Source of the DNA: Pirellulaceae bacterium | GTDB taxonomy: Bacteria; Planctomycetota; Planctomycetia; Pirellulales; Pirellulaceae | Reading direction: 5' to 3' | Assembly: GCA_033762315.1 (NCBI GenBank) | Contig: JANRLS010000270.1 | Coordinates: forward strand, 6,166 to 38,165 | Length of the DNA stretch: 32,000 nucleotides | Shown here: in pieces, positions 15,678 through 23,881 of the stretch | Layout of the letters: each line of letters opens with the position of its first letter | Numbering within the stretch: position 1 is the first letter of the stretch | Program-made: the position numbers and the translations under genes | Notes under the pieces: generated by a model | What the model saw: the letters and a program-made list of their open reading frames with translations, nothing else | The model's database searches: none | Told to the model about the DNA's origin: nothing

Positions 15678-17909
15678 ATGCGCCTGTCGCTCGTCTCGCT
15701 GGTTTCGCTTTTTGGGAGCGTCTTGCTCGCTTTTCCAACGGCCGCCGACGAGCCGGCGGCTCCGTCGGTGAAGGAACTGGCGGCACGGGTCAAGGCTTCC
15801 ATCGTCGTCATTTCGCATGGCGGCCGCGAAGGGGGCCAGCAAGGGCTGGGGACCGGCTTTATCATCGATCAGGCGGGCCTCGTGGCGACGAACCTGCATG
15901 TCATCGGCGAGGCGCGGCCAATCACCGTGCAAACCGCCGCGGGAAAATCGCTGAAAGTGACGGCAGTCGAAGCCTCGGACCGGGCGATGGACCTTGCGAT
16001 TGTCCGGGTCGAAACGCTCGACAACCTCCCCGCTTTGGAACTGGCCGATTCCGAGGCCATCGACCAAGGGGAGCCGGTCGTCGTGATGGGAAACCCGCAG
16101 GGGCTCAAGCACAGCGTGGTGAGCGGCGTCGTCTCGGGCCGGCGCGAATTCGACGGCCGCAAAATGATTCAGCTCGCCATGCCGGTTGAACCCGGCAATA
16201 GCGGCGGGCCGGTGATCGATGCCCAGGGGCGCGTGCTGGGGATCGTCACGATGAAGTCGCTCGTCACCGACAATCTCGGTTTCGCGGTCGAGATCAACGC
16301 CTTGAAGACGTTGCTCGCCAGGCCCAATCCCGTGCCCATCGACCGCTGGCTGACGATTGGCACGGTCGATCTAGCCCAGTGGGAACCGCTGTTTGGTGCG
16401 CGCTGGCAGCAGCGAGCGGGGCGCATTCTGGCGGGGGGCTCGGGCTCGGGCTTTGGCGGGCGAGCGCTGCTGCTCGCGCGCGAAGCGCCGCCGGAGCTCC
16501 CTTATGAGATCGCCGTGACCGTGAAGCTGGACGACGAATCGGGAGCGGCCGGCCTCGCCTTTCATGCCGATGGGGACGAAAAGCATTACGGCTTCTATCC
16601 CTCGGCCGGCAAACTGCGGCTCAGCCGGTTCGATGGGCCGGACGTCTTCAGCTGGCGGGTGCTGATCGAGCGCCCTTCGTCCGCTTATTTGCCCGGCGAG
16701 TGGAATCGGCTCAAGGTGCGGGTCGAGAAGGGGAAGCTGTCGTGCTATGTCAACGAAGAGCTGGCCTTCGCCTCGACCGACGATGTTTTCACTTCCGGGC
16801 GAATCGGCCTCGCCAAGTTTCGGACGACCGAAGCGCAGTTCCGCCAGTTCGCCGTCGGCAAGGAATTGCCCAGCCACAAGCCGAGCCCGGAGGCAATCGC
16901 CAAAATTTCGGCCCAGATCGAAAAGCTCCCTGCGTGGGCCGAAACGCTCCCTCCCGCCGCGGCCTCACTCGCCGGTGAACGGCCGCAAGACGCGCAAGCG
17001 GTGCTGCTAACGCGGGCCGCGGAGCTGGAATCGCGCGCTCGCGAGCTGAAGCTGCTTGCTGGCGATGTGCGGCTGGCGAGCGTGCTGGCCGAGTTCGAGA
17101 AGTTGGCGGGGCCGATGGTCAAGGAGATCGACCTGTTGCGAGCGGCCCTGACCATTGCCGCACTCGACGAAGAGGACTTGGATGTCGCGGCGTATGTGAA
17201 GCATGTCGAGCGGATGGCTGCCGAAGTGCAAAAGAAACTGCCGCCGCAGGCCGGTGCTGGTGAAAAGCTCGCGACCCTCAACGATTATCTTTTCAAGGGG
17301 AACGGCTTCCACGGCAGCCGGTCGGATTATTACCACCGGGCAAATAGCTATCTTAATCGCGTGATCGACGACCGCGAAGGGCTGCCCATTACCCTCTCGG
17401 TGCTCTACCTGGAACTGGCCCGCCGGCTAGGGGTGAAGCTCGAAGGGGTTGGCCTGCCGGGGCATTTTGTGGTGCGGCACGTGCCGGAAAGGGGAGAGCC
17501 GCAATTGATCGATGTCTTCGAGGGGGGCGTTCCGCTGTCGCGCGAGGCGGCAGAGAAGAAGGTCCTCGAGTTTACCGGCGAGGCGGCAACGGACGCCCAT
17601 TTCAAAGCCACCGGCGAGAGGCAGATTTTGCTGCGGATGTTGCAGAATTTGCTTGGCGTGGCCCAAGGGGGCAAAGCGCCCGACCGCGAGGCGATTGGCC
17701 GCTATACAAGCGCAATGCTGGTGCTCGATCCGGCGCTCGTTCGCGAACGGGGTTTGCGGGCCGTGGTTCGCTGGGAAACCGGCCGCCGCGATGCCGCCGT
17801 GGCGGATATCGACGCCATCCTCGCCGCGAAACCCGACGGCATCGACCTGGAAGAGTTGCGGAACATGCGCGACTATTTCCAGGCGAACAAGCCGCCGGCG
17901 CTGAAATAG
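15678..17909 (+). CDS. Secreted three-module protein: trypsin-like S1C serine protease, DUF1080/ConA-like beta-sandwich and SirB1-like transglutaminase-fold/TPR domain
   Basis: C-terminal part of ORF 15495..17909. ATG 15678 lies 4 nt after the HEAT gene stop. Signal peptide MRLSLVSLVSLFGSVLLAFPTAAD. Catalytic triad context: TNLHVIG, DLAIVRV, GNSGGPVID. The middle module is WQQRAGRILAGG...GEWNRLKVRVEKGKLSCYVNEE...GRIGLAKF. The C-terminal module, ANSYLNRVIDDREGLPITLSVLYLELARRLGVKLEGVGLPGHFVVRH, is typical of the SirB1/UPF0162 family. Confidence 0.85.
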   Translation: MRLSLVSLVSLFGSVLLAFPTAADEPAAPSVKELAARVKASIVVISHGGREGGQQGLGTGFIIDQAGLVATNLHVIGEARPITVQTAAGKSLKVTAVEASDRAMDLAIVRVETLDNLPALELADSEAIDQGEPVVVMGNPQGLKHSVVSGVVSGRREFDGRKMIQLAMPVEPGNSGGPVIDAQGRVLGIVTMKSLVTDNLGFAVEINALKTLLARPNPVPIDRWLTIGTVDLAQWEPLFGARWQQRAGRILAGGSGSGFGGRALLLAREAPPELPYEIAVTVKLDDESGAAGLAFHADGDEKHYGFYPSAGKLRLSRFDGPDVFSWRVLIERPSSAYLPGEWNRLKVRVEKGKLSCYVNEELAFASTDDVFTSGRIGLAKFRTTEAQFRQFAVGKELPSHKPSPEAIAKISAQIEKLPAWAETLPPAAASLAGERPQDAQAVLLTRAAELESRARELKLLAGDVRLASVLAEFEKLAGPMVKEIDLLRAALTIAALDEEDLDVAAYVKHVERMAAEVQKKLPPQAGAGEKLATLNDYLFKGNGFHGSRSDYYHRANSYLNRVIDDREGLPITLSVLYLELARRLGVKLEGVGLPGHFVVRHVPERGEPQLIDVFEGGVPLSREAAEKKVLEFTGEAATDAHFKATGERQILLRMLQNLLGVAQGGKAPDREAIGRYTSAMLVLDPALVRERGLRAVVRWETGRRDAAVADIDAILAAKPDGIDLEELRNMRDYFQANKPPALK

Positions 17910-17919
17910 CGGCCAGCTC

Positions 17920-18903
17920 TCAGGCCGCTTTGCGGTTCCAGATTTGCCGGACGAGCCGCTTAAGGCCGCGGGCGCGAGGATGCAGCAGGCTGGCCTGCGC
18001 TTCGCGCTCGGTCAGCAGCTTGTCGAGCAGGCCGGGCAAGCGAGCGGGAACGTCGGCCAGCGACCACTGATGATGGATGATCCGGTCGAGCACTTCGGTC
18101 AGCGGCTCGACGAACACGGCCGATTTTCCGCGGGCGAGCGACTGCGTCGCGGCCGTGGTTCGCGCTCCATCGGGCCCCAGGCAGAGCACCGCGCCGACAT
18201 GCCGAAACACCGCCCGGCCATAGCACAGCACCGGCAAGTGGTTGGCCAGCGCCTCGACTCCGCTCGAGGAGTTGATCGTGGCGACCGCCCGGCAGGCGCG
18301 GAGCGATTCGGCCAGCGTCGGAGCCTCGTCCCAGGGAATTTTTCGCTCGCGGGCCAGCTCGACGATCCGCGGATCGACCTCGTGCCGCGGATGTTTGCGC
18401 AGCCGCAGCGGCAGGCGCGAATGTTCGACGAGGAACTTGACCAGCGAAAACATGTCGGGAAACCAGGGGGACATCAGCGGCGAAAGCTGCGTATCGCAAT
18501 CGAACTGCATGATGACGAGCAGGTCTCCCCGGTCCCGGATTGGCAGCGGTGTTTTGGCCTCCGAATGGAGCGGCAGCGAAACCCAACCCGCATTGGCGTT
18601 GATGCCGCTGGGATCGACCTGCCAATGGTCGCGCTGCGGATACCAGCCCGCTTCGGTGTAGAGCTTGGTCGCCCCGGTTCGCTCCAGCCGATAGCGCCAG
18701 CTCCGATGCTCGCAGTTCAGGCCGTTGTAGATGATGACGAGGTCCGGCTTGCCGACGACCAGCAACCGCAAGCTGGTGTCGAGGTTGCCCAGCGAGTGCC
18801 AGCGCAAGCAGCGATGTCCCAGATCGGTGCAGACGCCGGCCATCGCGTCGAGCACCGCCTTGCCGTAGGCGTGCGTGCGGGAGTCCACCAGGATTGTCGC
18901 CAT
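17920..18903 (-). CDS. Capsule polysaccharide biosynthesis (KpsS/KpsC Capsule_synth-like) protein
   Basis: ORF 17920..18957; I prefer ATG 18903 (MATILVD). LLVIMQFDCDTQL...LRLRKHPRH and AVATINSSSGVEALANHLPVLCYGRAVF match the LQxxxDxQ...K.HP...tiNStvGxEAL pattern of Capsule_synth proteins. Confidence 0.65.
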   Translation of the reverse strand: MATILVDSRTHAYGKAVLDAMAGVCTDLGHRCLRWHSLGNLDTSLRLLVVGKPDLVIIYNGLNCEHRSWRYRLERTGATKLYTEAGWYPQRDHWQVDPSGINANAGWVSLPLHSEAKTPLPIRDRGDLLVIMQFDCDTQLSPLMSPWFPDMFSLVKFLVEHSRLPLRLRKHPRHEVDPRIVELARERKIPWDEAPTLAESLRACRAVATINSSSGVEALANHLPVLCYGRAVFRHVGAVLCLGPDGARTTAATQSLARGKSAVFVEPLTEVLDRIIHHQWSLADVPARLPGLLDKLLTEREAQASLLHPRARGLKRLVRQIWNRKAA

Positions 18904-19040
18904 CGCGATTGCTTCACCGCTCGCGCCGGTGCACGGAATTGTCGGGGGCCGAAACAAGCGCGGAAACTAACAGAGCAGGGAGGTGGGGCAAAGATCAATC
19001 ACCGCCGAATCGTCGCTCATGCTAGCAAGGCCTGCCGCTG

Positions 19041-20012
19041 CTAGCGTTTTTGCTTCTCGCCGAGGGGGACATCCCGAAATTGCCGGTGGCAGGTGGCGCA
19101 TGAGAAGTCCACCTCGGTGAAAGCACGGCCGATTTCCTCGGGAGGAGTGGCGGCTGGCGCTTTGAGCCAGGCGCGGAGCGCGGTCTCCAGCGATTCGGCC
19201 GCTTTTTCGCCATCGCGCAGAATCTGCTGGAAAGAGGCCGGTTCGCGCCGCACTTCAGGCCGGCGGAGTAGCTCGTGGTAATGTTCCTTCACCAAAAGCG
19301 CCTCGTGGGCGGGATCAAGCGCGGGCTGCTTGGGCAAGGGCTTCCAGCCGGCGGCTTGAAAGACCTTGAGATTGTCGAAGGCGTGCTCGATTTCGACCAT
19401 CGCGCCGGCCAGCGCGGGAATTTTAGCCGTTTCGGGAAATTCGACCACCAGCTGGTCGAGCGTCTCGTCGGGAACGCGGCGCGCCTCCCGTGCCGATTGA
19501 TACAGACCGCGGTAGTTTTCGCTCGTTCCCGCCGCCTGCAGCACGCCGAGCGCGCTATCGGCCGGCAAGAGGCCCGCCGCAACGCAGGCGACCGCCGAAG
19601 CCGCCGGGCTGCGGTGCTTGCCGTGGTGGCAATGCAAATAGATCGGCCCCGGCAGATCGCGCACCCCCTTGGCGAGCGCGCGCCCCCGCTCGGCCGGAAT
19701 GCCGTCGTAGCCGTGCGGCAGGTGGACATAGCGGAGGCCGAATTTCTTGGCGGTCGCCACGTCGGGCTTCGCCCCATCGACGCTGATGATCGTCTTGATT
19801 CCCAGCTTTTTCAGGGCGGCGAAAGCCTCGTCCCCCTCGGGCAGGCCGCCGGAAATGACCTTCTCCACCACGCGATAAGCATTGGGAAGCAGGGGGTTGT
19901 CGATTTCTTCCGGCGGAGGGGCATCGTCGGCGAGCGAGAATCGCGCGGCGAAAACAAGCGCGAGAACCGTCCCCTTTCCGATAAACCAGCGAGCAATGCG
20001 ACGCATATCCAT
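19041..20012 (-). CDS. Secreted fusion protein: PTP-like (DUF442/DSP-type, CX5R) phosphatase domain and cytochrome c-prime-like four-helix haem domain
   Basis: ORF 19041..20012. Signal peptide MDMRRIARWFIGKGTVLALVFAARFSLADD. HCHHGKHRS matches the HCX5R(S/T) phosphatase signature. The C-terminal ~150 aa are helical with a single CxxCH (FSCATCHRQFRD) close to the C-terminus, as in class II cytochromes c. Confidence 0.8.
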   Translation of the reverse strand: MDMRRIARWFIGKGTVLALVFAARFSLADDAPPPEEIDNPLLPNAYRVVEKVISGGLPEGDEAFAALKKLGIKTIISVDGAKPDVATAKKFGLRYVHLPHGYDGIPAERGRALAKGVRDLPGPIYLHCHHGKHRSPAASAVACVAAGLLPADSALGVLQAAGTSENYRGLYQSAREARRVPDETLDQLVVEFPETAKIPALAGAMVEIEHAFDNLKVFQAAGWKPLPKQPALDPAHEALLVKEHYHELLRRPEVRREPASFQQILRDGEKAAESLETALRAWLKAPAATPPEEIGRAFTEVDFSCATCHRQFRDVPLGEKQKR

Positions 20013-20124
20013 GATCCTTGAGGTTCAGCCGCTCATTCTCAGTCGTGTCGCCATAGAAATCAATCGGCAGGGGAACTGCCCGAAAAGGGCTTGCTGTTTC
20101 ATCGTGGCGGACCAAAATGACGAC

Positions 20125-20463
20125 ATGGCAGCGTTTACCCATCACATCTTTATCTGCGTCAATCAGCGCGACTCGAAAAGCGATCGCGGCAGCTGCGATC
20201 CCAAGGGGGACGAACGCCTGCGGGACGCTTTCAAAAGCGAAGTGAAGCGGCGGGGCCTCAAAACGACGGTGCGGGCCAATTCGGCCGGCTGCCTCGACCA
20301 GTGCGAACTGGGGCCGACCATCGTCATCTATCCGCAAGCGATCTGGTACGGCGGCGTGCGGGTCGAGGATGTGCCCCGAATCGTCGAAGAAACGATTATC
20401 CAGGGCCGAATTCTCGAAGACCTGCGGATTCCCGACGACCAGCTCAATTGCAAGAAAAAGTGA
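20125..20463 (+). CDS. Thioredoxin-like [2Fe-2S] ferredoxin
   Basis: C-terminal part of ORF 19882..20463; ATG 20125 (MAAFTHHIFICVNQR). Four Cys in the family pattern: ICVNQR, GSCDPKG, AGCLDQCELGP. Followed by VIYPQAIWYGGVRVEDVPRIV. Confidence 0.85.
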   Translation: MAAFTHHIFICVNQRDSKSDRGSCDPKGDERLRDAFKSEVKRRGLKTTVRANSAGCLDQCELGPTIVIYPQAIWYGGVRVEDVPRIVEETIIQGRILEDLRIPDDQLNCKKK

Positions 20464-20473
20464 CGCCGAGGTG

Positions 20474-20692
20474 CTATTCCTCTTCCTCGCGGGCGAGTCG
20501 CCGCCGGCGAGCGGCGAGCATTACCAGCCAAAAGCCAGCGAAGAGCACTACCACGCCAAAGACAATCGCCGAACGTTGCCACAACATCGTCCGGCCATGC
20601 AGATACGAGCCGACCGCCAAATATCCTCCCCAGGCCACCAGGGCGGCGATGATCCACAGGGCGATGTTCGGGCCTTTCGCGGATTCGGTCAT
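20474..20692 (-). CDS. Small two-TM membrane protein (72 aa), hypothetical
   Basis: ORF 20474..20692. Its ATG overlaps the stop of the upstream radical SAM gene (ATGA at 20692-20689). Third-position GC is high. It has two hydrophobic helices (IALWIIAALVAWGGYLAV, AIVFGVVVLFAGFWLVMLAA) and a basic/acidic tail, RRRRLAREEEE. Confidence 0.6.
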   Translation of the reverse strand: MTESAKGPNIALWIIAALVAWGGYLAVGSYLHGRTMLWQRSAIVFGVVVLFAGFWLVMLAARRRRLAREEEE

Positions 20693-21558
20693 GGCTGCGT
20701 CGCCCCATAGTAAGCCGTCGCGGGAATGCCGGCGCGGTCGCGCACCAGCCGGACGATGGCATCGACTTCCCCGTCCTCCAAAGGCTGGACGAAGCTCTCG
20801 GCCGGTTTGCGGGCCACGGTGTAAACCTGCACCAGCGAGAGCTGGCCGCCGCCGGCGAGGATCTCTTGCAGACGGTGGGTGAAGGCAACCAGTTCGGCAT
20901 CGCTCGGTGGCTCGTCATTCACCCGCATGAAGAGGGCCTGAATCACCAGCGGCCGGACCCGCGCGGCGGCGGTGATGTTGTCCAGAATCTGGCGGAAGGG
21001 AATCGGCGTGCGATCGACGAGGCGAAAATACGCTTCGGTCCCCGCTTCGAGTTTGGCCCAGATTTCGCCGTTGTTCTGGTCGAGAATCGCCAGGCCTCGC
21101 TCGACATGCGGGCGATGAAACAGGCTGGCGTTGGTGATCAGCACCATTTTGACGCCATCCAGCCCGAGCCGCCGCTTGATCTCGGCACAGGCGGCGACCA
21201 CCTCGTCGAAATTGCGGTGCGACGTCGGCTCGCCGTCGCCGCTGAAGGCGATGTCGTTCAGCCGGCGCAGATGCGGGGGAGTCCCCTGAAATGGCGGATG
21301 GTCGAAAATCTCGCCGCTGGCCGCCAGTTGCAGCGTCTCGTCGAGCTCGACCAGCAGCCGGTCGGTCTCGACGAAGCGGGTTTCCGCCTGGCTCGTCCGA
21401 TCAACCTGGCAATAGATGCAATCGAAATTGCAAACCTTGTCGGGATTCAGATTCACCCCAATCGACACGCCGCCACTCCGCCGGCTGAGGACCGGATAGA
21501 CGAACCGGTTCTGCTCGAACCGGCGCGGATGGAGCGTATGCAGGGGAACGAGCGACAT
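20689..21558 (-). CDS. Radical SAM protein (function unknown)
   Basis: ORF 20689..21609. CNFDCIYCQ is the CxxxCxxC cluster motif, preceded by YPVLSRRSGGVSIGVNLNP. GDGEPT is a SAM-binding-like motif. The start is ATG 21558 (MSLVPLH) or GTG 21609. Confidence 0.85.
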   Translation of the reverse strand: MSLVPLHTLHPRRFEQNRFVYPVLSRRSGGVSIGVNLNPDKVCNFDCIYCQVDRTSQAETRFVETDRLLVELDETLQLAASGEIFDHPPFQGTPPHLRRLNDIAFSGDGEPTSHRNFDEVVAACAEIKRRLGLDGVKMVLITNASLFHRPHVERGLAILDQNNGEIWAKLEAGTEAYFRLVDRTPIPFRQILDNITAAARVRPLVIQALFMRVNDEPPSDAELVAFTHRLQEILAGGGQLSLVQVYTVARKPAESFVQPLEDGEVDAIVRLVRDRAGIPATAYYGATQP

Positions 21559-21711
21559 GGCGGAATGAACGGTTTTGGACAAAGTTCCTTCATTATACCC
21601 GCCGGCCACTGGCCGGCTTAGCGGACAATTGCTCGCCGCGAGCCTTCAGCGGAGGGACTTTCCGGGTAAAATGCGGAGTCGTTTCGCCACTGTCCGCCGA
21701 GGTTTCGCGTC

Positions 21712-22776
21712 ATGAGAATCCACTCGCTTGCCCTGCTCGCCGCGTTGGCGGGAATCCATCCTTCGTTGGCCCTGGCCGAACATCCCGCCCCGCTGCCGGT
21801 CGAAAACGCGGCCGCGAAGACCGCGGCCGAGATGAAGCCCTATGTCGAGCTGATCGAGCACACCGAGGCCAAAATCGAGATGCTGCCAATTCCCGGCGGC
21901 AAGTTCACGATGGGGAGCCCCGACGCCGAACCGGGCCGCAAGGCCGACGAAGGGCCGCGGCACGAGGTGACGCTCGATCCCTTCTGGATGGCGAAGTGCG
22001 AGATCACCTGGGATGCGTACGAAGTCTGGATGGCCGATCTCGACATCGCCCGCCGGCAGATTCTGGGTTCCGCCGAAACCGAACGCGACCGGGTCGCCGA
22101 AAAGTATCAGCTCACCCAGCCGACCAAGCCCTACACCGACATGACCTTCGGCATGGGCAAGCGGGGCTATCCGGCGATTTGCATGACGCAGCACGCGGCT
22201 CGCGTCTTTTGCCAGTGGCTGACCGCGAAAACGGGCCGCTATTATCGCCTGCCGACCGAAGCCGAGTGGGAATATGCCTGCCGGGCCGGCACGACCACGG
22301 CGTATTCGTTTGGCGACGATCCGGCGGCATTGGGGGACTATGCCTGGTACTACGACAACAGCAACGAGAAGTATCAAAAGGTCGGCCAGAAAAAGCCCAA
22401 CACGTGGGGCCTGCACGACATGCACGGCAACGTTTCGGAATGGGTGCTCGATCAGTACACGCGGAAGTTCTATTCCACGAGTGAGGGAGCGAAGAACCCG
22501 CTGGCGATTCCGCTCGTCGAGTATCCGCGGGTCGTGCGGGGTGGCTCGTGGGATGCCGATGCCGCCCTCTGCCGCAGCGCCGCCCGCGTCGGCTCCAGCG
22601 AGGATTGGAAGCAGCAAGACCCGCAAATTCCGCAGAGCATTTGGTATTTCACCGACGCGCTCGGCGTCGGCTTTCGGATCGTCCGCCCGCTCACCGAGCC
22701 GAGCGACGAAGAGAAGGCCGCCAAGTGGGATAAATCCGAACCGCCGCAAATCGATAAGGACAAATCGAAGGGGTAG
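21712..22776 (+). CDS. Formylglycine-generating enzyme (FGE-sulfatase/SUMF1) family protein, secreted
   Basis: ORF 21712..22776. Signal peptide MRIHSLALLAALAGIHPSLALA. Family motifs: GGKFTMGSP, GPRHEVTLDPFWMAKCEIT, YRLPTEAEWEYACRAGT, WGLHDMHGNVSEWV, VVRGGSW. Confidence 0.9.
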   Translation: MRIHSLALLAALAGIHPSLALAEHPAPLPVENAAAKTAAEMKPYVELIEHTEAKIEMLPIPGGKFTMGSPDAEPGRKADEGPRHEVTLDPFWMAKCEITWDAYEVWMADLDIARRQILGSAETERDRVAEKYQLTQPTKPYTDMTFGMGKRGYPAICMTQHAARVFCQWLTAKTGRYYRLPTEAEWEYACRAGTTTAYSFGDDPAALGDYAWYYDNSNEKYQKVGQKKPNTWGLHDMHGNVSEWVLDQYTRKFYSTSEGAKNPLAIPLVEYPRVVRGGSWDADAALCRSAARVGSSEDWKQQDPQIPQSIWYFTDALGVGFRIVRPLTEPSDEEKAAKWDKSEPPQIDKDKSKG

Positions 22777-22795
22777 GACGAAGCCGTGCTTCGTC
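22777..22795. repeat. REP-like hairpin, family 3 (copy 1)
   Basis: gacgaagc-cgt-gcttcgtc, an 8-bp perfect stem directly abutting the FGE gene stop (TAG 22774-22776). With its flank it matches 26853-26875 at 22 of 23 positions in reverse orientation. Confidence 0.8.
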
Positions 22796-22824
22796 GAGCT
22801 CCCGCGCGGGTCTCTTGGCAGATT

Positions 22825-22887
22825 CCCTTGCTGGCGCTGCGGGCTTGTGTGGGGAGAGCTCCCTCGCTGACGCTTCGGGTTAGTGTG
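22825..22887. repeat. Two tandem REP family 1 units (inverted orientation)
   Basis: 22825-22850 is identical to 7906-7931 (26 nt). The second unit, ccctcgctgacgcttcgggttagtgtg (22861-22887), is the reverse complement of a variant of the 7691-7720 unit. The units lie between the convergent FGE-like and PmoA-like genes. Confidence 0.85.
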
Positions 22888-22891
22888 CGGA

Positions 22892-23839
22892 CTACTTCTT
22901 GGCCGGCAACGGCGGGAGATCGCCGATCTTGGCGAAGGCGGCGAATTCCTCGTCGATCGTCGTAGCAGTTGGCATGCCGGCATGGACCCAGAGGCCGTAG
23001 CGCAACTTCAGCGGCTGGCCAGGTTCAATCGTGCGCGGGGCCGAGAAGGTGAGCGCGGCCCCCATCCAGCCGTCGTCCCGCACGTGAAACACCGTGGGAT
23101 GATTCGGATTGAGCGGGTGATCGAACAGCGTGATCCCCTCGCGGGCCTCGCGGGTGATCGGCCCCGAATAATCGACCCAGCGAGCCGGCTTCTCGTGAAC
23201 TTGCGGCTCGTTGATCCCCCCCTCGCTATTGCGGATTGTGCCGCCGCCGTCGTGTACGCCAATCGTCTTCGCCATCCGCACACCAAGCATCCCGAAGTTC
23301 GTCTTGCCGAGCGTCACCGGCTCCTTGGGGGAGGCAAACGTCAAATCGAGGACGAGGAGCCACTGGCCCCCGTCTTGCGGGCGAAAGCGCATCCCCCGCT
23401 GCTCGGTAAGCAGCGTCTTGCCGGCATCGTCTTGCCAGAGGTTCACCACTTCAATCAGCGCCTCGTCGTCGGCATCCTCGTAGCGAACAACCCGCTGCTG
23501 GACGATCCGCCCTTTGCTGCTGGGGGCATCGTTCCAAAAGGCGACGCCCCCCACATCGTGATGCGTCACCCAGACCGAGTTGTGGTGGCTATGGCCGTTC
23601 GGATCGCGCGGATGCCCCATCCGCGTCAGCGATTTGCCGCTAGGCCCGATCAGCGGAAACAGAAAAGGCCGCCGCAGGTCGCCTCCGAAATGGTAGCGCG
23701 AAACTTCCTCCCCATTCCGCTCGATCCGCGCCTCGCCGCGAGGCAGCGGAATCACCTGCATGGCCGGCACCGGCCGGGCGGCGGGAAGATCGACTTGCGC
23801 GGGGAGAGTCACCGCGAAGATTAGCAGTGAAGCGAGCAT
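22892..23839 (-). CDS. PmoA-like (DUF6807) family protein
   Basis: ORF 22892..23839. RPFLFPLIGPSGKSLTRMGHP...HSHHNSVWVTHHDVGGVAFW, GMLGVRMAKTI, ARWVDYSG and GITLFDHPLNPNHPTVFHVRDDGWMG follow the conserved pattern of this family, which is common in Planctomycetota. Confidence 0.8.
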   Translation of the reverse strand: MLASLLIFAVTLPAQVDLPAARPVPAMQVIPLPRGEARIERNGEEVSRYHFGGDLRRPFLFPLIGPSGKSLTRMGHPRDPNGHSHHNSVWVTHHDVGGVAFWNDAPSSKGRIVQQRVVRYEDADDEALIEVVNLWQDDAGKTLLTEQRGMRFRPQDGGQWLLVLDLTFASPKEPVTLGKTNFGMLGVRMAKTIGVHDGGGTIRNSEGGINEPQVHEKPARWVDYSGPITREAREGITLFDHPLNPNHPTVFHVRDDGWMGAALTFSAPRTIEPGQPLKLRYGLWVHAGMPTATTIDEEFAAFAKIGDLPPLPAKK

Positions 23840-23881
23840 GAGGGTGAGAGGGGGCGAGGGGGAAAGGGGGTGAGCGGCTTG

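Noticed and set aside
17908-17929. Hairpin a-gcggcc-agctctca-ggccgc-t spanning the stop codons of the convergent protease and Capsule_synth-like genes, as a bidirectional terminator
   Set aside because: It is only a 7-bp stem with an 8-nt loop and has no U-tract on either strand. That is too weak to call.
17944-19044. 366-aa plus-strand ORF overlapping the Capsule_synth-like gene
   Set aside because: It is an antisense artefact with no recognisable motifs, and the minus-strand frame shows the Capsule_synth pattern.
21646-22983. 445-aa minus-strand ORF overlapping the FGE-like gene and the REP cluster
   Set aside because: It is an antisense artefact. Its N-terminal part is a translation of the repeats (TSPQRQQG, TKHGFVL), and the plus frame is a clear FGE-family protein.
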